In this document: in pieces, positions 16,347 through 22,956 of the stretch
How positions within the stretch are numbered: the stretch's first letter is position 1
How the letters are laid out: each line of letters opens with the position of its first letter
Origin: Oxalobacteraceae bacterium
GTDB lineage: Bacteria; Pseudomonadota; Gammaproteobacteria; Burkholderiales; Burkholderiaceae_D
Length of the DNA stretch: 24,000 nucleotides
Reading direction: 5' to 3'
Assembly (NCBI GenBank): GCA_965194545.1
Contig: CBDAEJ010000003.1
Coordinates: 25,208-49,207, forward strand
Notes under the pieces: generated by a model
Database searches by the model: none
The model's input: only the letters and a program-made list of their open reading frames with translations
Told to the model about the DNA's origin: nothing
Made by a program: the position numbers and the translations under genes

Positions 16347-16419
16347 CTCGTCATGCAGGCGCAGGCCGGTATCCCGTGTTTCGATGTTGCTGGACCCCGG
16401 CCTTCGCCAGGGTGACGAG
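16347..16419. repeat. 73-bp imperfect palindromic element: two inverted copies of the REP-like unit (BIME/MITE-like)
   Basis: The termini are CTCGTCA (16347-16353) and TGACGAG (16413-16419). The left arm is CTCGTCATGCAGGCGCAGGCCGGTATCCCG. The reverse complement of the right arm is CTCGTCACCCTGGCGAAGGCCGGGGTCCAG. The arms are 23/30 identical by my count. The right arm is 25/31 identical to the unit at 7814-7844. Confidence 0.7.
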
Positions 16420-16521
16420 CTAAATTTATTTCCCTCGACCTAATTTTCTGGTTACAAGTGTCGATTTCCGAATATCGCTAGAATCCCGCCCATCAAGCCT
16501 CGTGGATGGAGAAATGAGTTC

Positions 16522-17328
16522 ATGAAACATCTCGCCTTGCCCCTATTCGTTGCTGTTTCGCTGGCGGCACCTGCGCTGGCGAAAGACCCCGCGCCAGCGG
16601 CCCCGGCTCGTCCGCCATCCCCCGGCGCCAAGCATTCACCACGCGCGCCACTATGGAGCTACGACGGTGAGACTGGTCCCACGAAATGGAGCGAGCTGGA
16701 CCCGAAGTTTCGTCTCTGCCAATCCGGCAAGCGGCAGTCACCGATCGATATCGAGACCCAGACGGTGGAGCGTGGTGGTCTTAAGCCGATCATGTTCAAC
16801 TATGCCGCTGGTCCGCTCACGCTGGTGAACGGGAACAACACGATTCAGGTGAATTTCACGACCAGTGGTGGCGCGCGTCTGGACGGTCTGGAGTACAAGC
16901 TGGTGCAGATGGTGTTTCATGCACCGAGTGAAGAGAAGATTGATGGTATCGCCACGCCGATCTCAGCGCAGTTGATTCATCGTGCGGGTGATACGCGTAC
17001 CGCCGTGGTGGCGATTCGCTTCAAGCTGGGCAAAGAGAACAAAGCCCTGAAACCAATCTTCGAGCGACTGCCCAAGACCGACGCCTTCAATGAGACGGTC
17101 GAGAGCTTTAACCCTTCGGATATCTTGCCCGCCAATCCTGCTTACTTTACGTATATGGGTTCACTCACGACACCGCCTTGTACCGAGGACGTGAAGTGGT
17201 TTGTGATGCGCCAGACGGTGGATATTTCCTTCCGTCAGTTGGCTGCGTTTAAGGAGCGTTACAAGTCGAACTCAAGGCCTTCACAGCCGGTCAATGGGCG
17301 GCGCGTGCAGGAGTATGTCGAGGAATAA
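16522..17328 (+). CDS. Secreted alpha-class carbonic anhydrase homolog (apparently degenerate metal site)
   Basis: There is a signal peptide (MKHLALPLFVAVSLAAPALA|KD). Alpha-CA hallmarks are present: WSYDGETGPTKWSEL, FRLCQSGKRQSPIDI, FHAPSEE, YMGSLTTPPCTEDVKWFV, NSRPSQPVNGRRV. The canonical QFHFHxPSE reads QMVFHAPSE here. Confidence 0.85.
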   Translation: MKHLALPLFVAVSLAAPALAKDPAPAAPARPPSPGAKHSPRAPLWSYDGETGPTKWSELDPKFRLCQSGKRQSPIDIETQTVERGGLKPIMFNYAAGPLTLVNGNNTIQVNFTTSGGARLDGLEYKLVQMVFHAPSEEKIDGIATPISAQLIHRAGDTRTAVVAIRFKLGKENKALKPIFERLPKTDAFNETVESFNPSDILPANPAYFTYMGSLTTPPCTEDVKWFVMRQTVDISFRQLAAFKERYKSNSRPSQPVNGRRVQEYVEE

Positions 17329-17379
17329 TAATCGGCTGACTCATCAAACGCTGACTACTACTGAAATCGTTGCGGCTTT

Positions 17380-17763
17380 TTACAGCTTTTCTAGCGACTG
17401 ATGCAGTCGCAGCAGCTTTTCTTTGAGGACTGGGTCAGCGTCGACCATGGGGGCAATACTGGGCACGACTCGGCGTCCCGCATCGGTCGGATCGGTTTTC
17501 GGTTGTGCCGCAGGCTTAGACGTCGGCATCAGCCAAGCAGCAGTTAACAGCAGCGTGAGGCACAGCCAGAGTATCCACACGGTACTTGCCGAGACACTGC
17601 CAAGGTGCATCAGCTCGGGCAGTTCGCGCAGCCAGCCAGCCCAATCCAGGCGCAACCACCAAAGGACGTTCTCTTGCACTTTGCAAGTCCAGACAAAGGC
17701 GAGTCCAAACAAAGTCCAGTTAATCGCAAGTAGGGCAGCGGGCAAGCGGATGCGGAGGGTCAT
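17380..17763 (-). CDS. Small 2-TM membrane protein, unknown function
   Basis: 127 aa with two hydrophobic helices (AALLAINWTLFGLAFVW; TVWILWLCLTLLLTAAWLM). The C-terminal tail is Pro/Lys-rich and ends in a short amphipathic helix (LKEKLLRLHQSLEKL). The gene starts 4 nt after the upstream coiled-coil gene stop. Confidence 0.55.
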   Translation of the reverse strand: MTLRIRLPAALLAINWTLFGLAFVWTCKVQENVLWWLRLDWAGWLRELPELMHLGSVSASTVWILWLCLTLLLTAAWLMPTSKPAAQPKTDPTDAGRRVVPSIAPMVDADPVLKEKLLRLHQSLEKL

Positions 17764-17767
17764 CGAT

Positions 17768-18247
17768 TCAGGACTTCAGTGCGACGGTCAGCTTCTGGCT
17801 CAGCTCTTCAGCGATCTGCATCCGCAGCTTGGACGTCTCGTGAATTTCTTGCTCACTACGGTAAGCGTTGCCAACCAATTCAGCTGCCAGGCTGCGCACA
17901 CCCTCGATTTCTGTCTCGAGTGTGGCGATACGTTCTTGCAGGGTTTTTCGTTCTTGCAGCTTGCCGCTAATGAGCCGGATCGCCGCATTTACTTGAGTCC
18001 AGGCTTGTAGCCGGGGGTCGCTGATTTTCAGGCTCTCAAAAACCTCTTGCATGGATTCACCGATATCGACCAGCGTATCGGAAGGGATCGCCTCAAGGGC
18101 AGACTGTTCGGCGCTTTCGGCGCTGGTGTCGCGCAACTCACGCATATGCTCGTTAATGGAGATAACCTGCCCAGGTGCGGGGGCCTCGCTCCAGCCGGAC
18201 TGGGGCTCAAAACGCATCATCGTGGGTTTTTCCGAGCGCTTCGCCAT
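17768..18247 (-). CDS. Coiled-coil protein, unknown function
   Basis: 159 aa. The C-terminal half is heptad-like and charged (LISGKLQERKTLQERIATLETEIEGVRSLAAELVGNAYRSEQEIHETSKLRMQIAEELSQKL). The ATG is preceded by AGGG. It is divergent from the ParA-like gene. Confidence 0.6.
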   Translation of the reverse strand: MAKRSEKPTMMRFEPQSGWSEAPAPGQVISINEHMRELRDTSAESAEQSALEAIPSDTLVDIGESMQEVFESLKISDPRLQAWTQVNAAIRLISGKLQERKTLQERIATLETEIEGVRSLAAELVGNAYRSEQEIHETSKLRMQIAEELSQKLTVALKS

Positions 18248-18288
18248 ATGTCAGTACCCTTATTAGAAAACCGATAACGAAAAAAAGT

Positions 18289-18317
18289 TTGGTATTTAAA
18301 ACAACCTCACCTATACT
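18289..18317 (+). promoter_or_regulatory. Candidate sigma70 promoter for the ParA-like gene
   Basis: TTGGTA (18289-18294), a 17-nt spacer, then TATACT (18312-18317), in an AT-rich divergent intergenic region about 95 nt upstream of ATG 18413. Confidence 0.5.
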
Positions 18318-18412
18318 CGTCGTTATATTATGGCAAATCTTCCCCTTTGGCAACTTTCCTGGGGGGCGAAGTCAAAATAATCAACGGCTTGCGACAAAAA
18401 CGAAGGAAAACT

Positions 18413-19273
18413 ATGAGCAAGGCACTTAGGATCCTCATTACCAGCCAAAAAGGGGGCGTTGGTAAAAGTACGGTATCCGCCAATTTAGCCGCGTATTTTT
18501 CTTATATATCTGGCAAAAAAACCGCTTTAATCGACTTTGATCACCAGGCGACAGCCGGTAAATGGGTAAAAAAAGCTTACCCAATTGGTATTGATTGCCA
18601 TACCGTCGATTTACCTAATGCCAAAGGCTCGGGTATTGCGCTGTTAAAGGCCAAAGAAGCGCTGCGTAAATCGCATGAAACGCGCGAAGTGGTCATCACC
18701 GACCTGACTTGGACTGATGTTTTGCCGCCAGACTTCTTGTTTGAGTTTGATTTGGTGCTGGTGCCGAGTTCTTTATCGCGCGTTGAGCTCGACAGCACAC
18801 TCGAATTTGTGAATCGTTTTTCGTTTGTATTCAACTCGCGTCTGAAGAAGCCGCCGAAGTTGGTGATCGTGCCTAGCCGTGTCGATAATCTGCAGACGTA
18901 TGAGAGCATTTTCTCGAAGTCATTCAATGCAGGTTTCTTCCTGTCGCCACCGGTGATGTACAGCGCCAGTGCGCATGAGTTCTTCGGTACTGAATTCTTC
19001 GTCATGACATCGAAGAAAGAAGTGCGCGAAAACTTCCTCGAGTTTGGTCGTTCGATTGAGCAACTCGGTGAGAGTGAATCCGATCTGCGTGCAACCACCA
19101 AGCAAGCGCCGCTGACTCAAAAAGTGAGTGGTTCGATTCTGGATCGCTTCCGTGCAGTGCGTAATTCGGATACGGAAGTTGGTGCGCGTATGGCAGCGAA
19201 TGACAGCAGGCGCATGATTGCCCCGCGTGGCAAATCGGTGATTCCTTCGTTCTTGATTACGGGACGCGACTGA
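18413..19273 (+). CDS. Diverged ParA/MinD-family P-loop ATPase
   Basis: It has a deviant Walker A with both lysines: ILITSQKGGVGKSTVSANLAAYF. This is followed by ALIDFDHQ (Walker A') and VVITDL../LVLVPSS (Walker B region). I prefer the ATG at 18413, which has AAGGAA 5 nt upstream. The ORF track start, TTG 18347, is less likely. There is a roughly 60-aa C-terminal extension with no recognisable motif. Confidence 0.8.
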   Translation: MSKALRILITSQKGGVGKSTVSANLAAYFSYISGKKTALIDFDHQATAGKWVKKAYPIGIDCHTVDLPNAKGSGIALLKAKEALRKSHETREVVITDLTWTDVLPPDFLFEFDLVLVPSSLSRVELDSTLEFVNRFSFVFNSRLKKPPKLVIVPSRVDNLQTYESIFSKSFNAGFFLSPPVMYSASAHEFFGTEFFVMTSKKEVRENFLEFGRSIEQLGESESDLRATTKQAPLTQKVSGSILDRFRAVRNSDTEVGARMAANDSRRMIAPRGKSVIPSFLITGRD

Positions 19274-19327
19274 TCTCACAGACTGTACAGCGCTGCATGA
19301 TCAATGCAGTGCACTGTAGGTAACAAA

Positions 19328-19353
19328 GCCCGCCAACCGGCGGGCTTTTTTTT
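19328..19353. terminator. Bidirectional Rho-independent terminator between the ParA-like gene and the Ala/Pro-rich protein gene
   Basis: GCCCGCC (19328-19334), loop AACC, GGCGGGC (19339-19345), followed by T8 (19346-19353) and preceded by AAA. It is preceded by a second, imperfect hairpin centred on CTGCAT-gatca-ATGCAG (19293-19309). Confidence 0.85.
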
Positions 19354-19359
19354 AGTACG

Positions 19360-20067
19360 CTACTTTTTGTCGGCCCCTTTTTTACCAGCGCCTTTCTCAT
19401 CCGGTGGGGGTGGCGGTGGCGGGGTGCCGTAAAGCAGTATCGCGACTTCGCGGTTGGTCTCGGCAAACGACTCAAGCAAGCCGTCGATCATCGCGGCAAT
19501 GGTGGCCGAGTCTGCACTGCCTAGCCATTGCTCGCGGTTGTTACGCATCACGATCAATTGCTCAGCCGTGCAATCCGGCGCTTTCTTTTTTAACCAAGCG
19601 ATGGCTTTGGTGCGACGCGTTCTTTCGTCGGGATTATCAATACCAATCGCTCTGAACTCTGCCACGGCGCAGTTGGGGGCTTTAAATGGCCCGGTCTTCA
19701 CGGGTGGCGGAGGCGGTTCCTCTTTGCCTTTCTTGCCGGGCTTGGGTGCAGGCGTAGGTTCCGCCTGTGCGGTTTGCGTTTTGGATGGTTCGGCCTTGGC
19801 GTCTGCCTTAGGTGCGGGCGCTGCAGGCGCAGCGGGAGTATTCGCAGGCGGCGCAGCGGCGGCAGGGGGCGCACCCTTAGCCGGTGCAGTCGCGGCCGCA
19901 TTCGGTGTCGGACGTGCCGCAGGAATCGCGGTTTGAGCGTCTGCGGGTTTTGGCGCTGCAGGTGCGACGGATGAATTTGCCGGTGCGGCAGCAGGCGCTG
20001 GCGCGGCGGTTTGCGCATGCGCGTGGTTCAGGTAAAGCGAGATCAGCAAAAGCGCGAGTCTGGACAT
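19360..20067 (-). CDS. Secreted Ala/Pro-rich protein with a conserved-looking C-terminal domain and a poly-Pro/Lys tail
   Basis: I prefer the internal ATG at 20067, giving MSRLALLLISLYLNHAHA|QT (signal peptide). It lies 13 nt downstream of the motB stop. About 110 aa of A/P-rich low complexity follow, then a 2-Cys globular region (FKAPNCAVAEF...KKKAPDCTAEQL...), then TPPPPPPPDEKGAGKKGADKK. The longer ORF to 20325 would overlap motB. Confidence 0.65.
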   Translation of the reverse strand: MSRLALLLISLYLNHAHAQTAAPAPAAAPANSSVAPAAPKPADAQTAIPAARPTPNAAATAPAKGAPPAAAAPPANTPAAPAAPAPKADAKAEPSKTQTAQAEPTPAPKPGKKGKEEPPPPPVKTGPFKAPNCAVAEFRAIGIDNPDERTRRTKAIAWLKKKAPDCTAEQLIVMRNNREQWLGSADSATIAAMIDGLLESFAETNREVAILLYGTPPPPPPPDEKGAGKKGADKK

Positions 20068-20080
20068 GGTGTTTGCGCGC

Positions 20081-21043
20081 TTAGCTGGCCGGTCCGCCTT
20101 GGTACTGCACGGTGATACTGATGCGGCGGTTGCGCGGATCGGCGGGATTGTTCGGTATGTAGGGTGCGGTATCGGCCACGCCTTCAATCTTGGCGAAGCG
20201 CTCTTCGGGGATACCAGCACCCTCCATGATGCGGCGTGTGCTCTCGGCACGATCGCCTGACAGCGACCAGTTACTGCGCACACCATCATCATAGGCAAGG
20301 CTGTCAGTATGCCCACGGATGGCAATCTTGTTCGGCATGCCGGCGACTGATTTTGCGACCTCGCGAATTAGGGTCAACGCTTTAGCATCCATACGCGCGT
20401 TGCCGAGCCCGAACATCGAGAAATCCGCTTTATCAATCACCTCGATGCGCAATCCATCTTTCTCGCGGATGAACTTGACCTGATCTTTGATTTTGTCGAG
20501 CTGAGGGTTTTGCTGGAGCTTTTCTTTGACTTCTTTTTCCAGCTTGTCGAAGTTTTTCTTGTCGTTCTCGGCGGCGATGCGCTGCTTCTCTGCCTCCGAC
20601 AGCTCGCTCGGATTCATGTCGTTCTTTTCATCCTTGGAGTCGCCGGCACCGCTCTGCTTGCCACCTTCCAGACGAGGCGTCTCGCGCTCAAACAGGCTGG
20701 TCTGCTGACCAGCGTAGGGCATACCATCGGGATCGGTGATGGAGTTACCGCCCATCACGCCACCGACGCCCGCCAGCTTACTGACGTTGGCCATACTGTG
20801 GGACATGGGCTTGAAGTACTCGGCGATACTTTTGCGCTGATCTTCGGTGGTCGCGCCCAGCAGCCACATCAACAAGAAGAACGCCATCATGGCCGTCATC
20901 ATGTCGGCCAGCGCGATCTTCCAGGCACCACCGTGTGCACCGGCGTGACCGGCCTCGATCATCTTTTTCTTGACGATCGGCTCTAAGGGTACGGCTTCCG
21001 CCGCTGCGCCTTCTGCTGGCTTGTTATCGGCTGGTTCAGCCAT
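20081..21043 (-). CDS. motB: Flagellar stator protein MotB (OmpA-like peptidoglycan-binding C-terminus)
   Basis: [26 protein letters not shown] matches the MotB TM/plug segment, including the conserved Asp (E. coli ..[20 protein letters not shown]). The C-terminal OmpA-like part reads IAIRGHTDS...[14 protein letters not shown]...NRRISITV. Confidence 0.88.
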   Translation of the reverse strand: [320 protein letters not shown]

Positions 21044-21220
21044 GTCTGATACCCGTGGTAGTTAGCAAAGAGAATCGGCAGCAGCGACGCAAAATCAAGT
21101 GAACGCAGCCGCTTGCTGTGCTCTTTTATGCAAGATAATACCGGAACTATTGCTCTACGGAACGTTTTGGAAGGCGGTTTCCCTTGGCATACTTCGCTTT
21201 CCATCCTTGATAAAGCCCTG

Positions 21221-22954
21221 ATGCCATCACTTATTTCTCGCGCTGCTTTACTGCTGATCCTGTTTTCAGGCATGTCGGCTCCTGCGGCGGCACCCGATGC
21301 GGCACCCGAGGCGGCGACTGCCACTACCAAAAAATCACTGGTGCAGGCGCGCAAGTGGATGGTGTCGTCGGCAAATCCGCTCGCCAGCGAAGCCGGTCGT
21401 CAGGTGCTGCGCGAAGGTGGCAGCGCGCTGGATGCGGCGATCACCATGCAGATGGTATTGGCGCTGGTCGAGCCGCAATCGTCCGGGCTGGGTGGCGGTG
21501 CCTTTATCGTGAACTATGACGCCAAGCGGCGCCGGGTGACGACCATCGACGGACGAGAGACCGCGCCAGCGGCAGCCACACCGCAACTGTTCATGGGGGA
21601 TGGTAAGCCGTTAGGCTTTATGGATGCGGTCAATAGCGGCCTCGCGGTGGGTGTGCCTGGTGTGTTGCGCGCGCTGGAGTTGGCGCATCAGCGCCATGGC
21701 CGCTTGCCATGGGCCAGACTGTTGCAACCTGCGATCTCGCTGGCGGAGCAAGGCTTTGCGGTATCACCGCGCTTGCATGCACAAATCAAAGGCAATCGTC
21801 ACCTCGCCATGCAGATCGCTGCGCGTGATTATTTCTACCCGCAGGGCCAGCCTGCTGCAGTCGGTCATGTGCTGAAAAACCCCGCGCTTGCCGACGTCTT
21901 GCGTCGTATCGCGACCGAGGGGGTGGGGGTTTTTTATCGCGGTGATATCGCGCGTGACATGGTGCAAGCGGTCAGCGCGCACGCCCGTCCGGGTACGCTC
22001 AGCTTGGAGGATCTTGCCGTATACCGAGCGATCGAGCGTGAACCGGTATGCAGTACTTATCAGCAGTACCGGCTGTGCGGCATGGGGCCGCCGTCATCCG
22101 GATCGATCGCGGTCATGCAGATGCTGGGGATGTTGCGGCAGCATGACATGAGCACGATGCCGCCTGGCTCGCGCGAGTCAGTGCATTACTTCGCCGAAGC
22201 TGGGCGGTTGGCATTTGCCGATCGCGAGCGCTATGTCGCAGATCCGGATTTCGTACGTGTGCCGGTCGCTGCGATGTTGGATAGTCAGTATCTAGACTGG
22301 CGTGGCGCACTGATCGATGGGCGGCAATCAATGGGTGTGGCGCAAGCGGGTGACCCGGTCGGCATGTTAAAACAGCGTGGCGATGGAAAGGCGATCGATC
22401 AGCCTTCGACCACGCATCTGGTCGTCATTGATGCACAAGGCAATGCCGTCAGCATGACCAGCACCATTGAATCTGAATTCGGTAGCAAGATTTTTGTGCG
22501 CGGTTTTTTATTGAATAATCAGCTGACCGATTTTTCAATGATGCCGACGGATGCAGCGGGCCGTCCTGTCGCCAACCGGGTAGAGCCGCGTAAGCGGCCA
22601 CGCAGCGCGATGACGCCACTAATCGTGCTGAAAGATGACAAGCCCTATCTGCTAATTGGATCACCGGGAGGAACGTCGATTATTTTGTACGTTGCCAAGA
22701 CCTTGATCGGTGTACTCGATTGGCAGCTGGATATTCAGCAGGCGATTGCGCTGCCTAACATGGGAAGTCGTAATCGCGATACTGAGTTAGAGCAGGGCAG
22801 CGACTTGGAAAGACTACAACAGGTCTTGCGCCAAAATGGTCATCGCGTCACTATCGCGCCTTCGCCCAGTGGTGTGCACGCGATCATGATCAAGCCTGAG
22901 GGTTTGTTTGGCGGGGCTGATCCGCGGCGCGAGGGCATTGCATTGGGTGATTAA
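21221..22954 (+). CDS. ggt: Gamma-glutamyltransferase
   Basis: I prefer the ATG at 21221, giving a signal peptide (MPSLISRAALLLILFSGMSAPAAA). GGT motifs are present: SSANPLASEAGRQVLREGGSALDAA, GLGGGAF, and the autoprocessing/nucleophile context QPSTTHLVVIDAQGNAVSMTSTIESEFGS, GSPGG. Confidence 0.9.
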   Translation: MPSLISRAALLLILFSGMSAPAAAPDAAPEAATATTKKSLVQARKWMVSSANPLASEAGRQVLREGGSALDAAITMQMVLALVEPQSSGLGGGAFIVNYDAKRRRVTTIDGRETAPAAATPQLFMGDGKPLGFMDAVNSGLAVGVPGVLRALELAHQRHGRLPWARLLQPAISLAEQGFAVSPRLHAQIKGNRHLAMQIAARDYFYPQGQPAAVGHVLKNPALADVLRRIATEGVGVFYRGDIARDMVQAVSAHARPGTLSLEDLAVYRAIEREPVCSTYQQYRLCGMGPPSSGSIAVMQMLGMLRQHDMSTMPPGSRESVHYFAEAGRLAFADRERYVADPDFVRVPVAAMLDSQYLDWRGALIDGRQSMGVAQAGDPVGMLKQRGDGKAIDQPSTTHLVVIDAQGNAVSMTSTIESEFGSKIFVRGFLLNNQLTDFSMMPTDAAGRPVANRVEPRKRPRSAMTPLIVLKDDKPYLLIGSPGGTSIILYVAKTLIGVLDWQLDIQQAIALPNMGSRNRDTELEQGSDLERLQQVLRQNGHRVTIAPSPSGVHAIMIKPEGLFGGADPRREGIALGD

Positions 22955-22956
22955 GC

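Noticed and set aside
17423-18010. 195-aa + strand ORF
   Set aside because: It is antisense to the coupled membrane-protein and coiled-coil genes. It has no motifs, and the minus-strand pair has sensible start/stop coupling.
18331-18353. Two TGGCAA repeats (18331-18336, 18348-18353) upstream of the ParA-like gene, considered as a sigma54 -24/-12 promoter
   Set aside because: The spacing does not fit GG-N10-GC: the base pair 12 nt downstream of the first GG is CC. They may be a direct-repeat binding site, but there is no supporting evidence.
18577-19279. Minus-strand ORFs of 174 aa and 119 aa inside the ParA-like gene
   Set aside because: They are antisense to an ORF carrying an unambiguous Walker A (KGGVGKST), so they are shadow ORFs.
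20068-20325. 5' extension of the Ala/Pro-rich protein ORF (321-aa version starting at 20325)
   Set aside because: The extension would overlap the 3' end of motB by about 245 nt in another frame. The internal ATG at 20067 yields a canonical signal peptide and sits 13 nt after the motB stop.
20983-21354. 123-aa minus-strand ORF, and the TTG 21113 start of the ggt ORF
   Set aside because: The minus ORF is antisense to the ggt signal-peptide region and overlaps the motB start. For ggt, the ATG at 21221 gives a proper signal peptide, whereas the 36-aa extension looks non-native.
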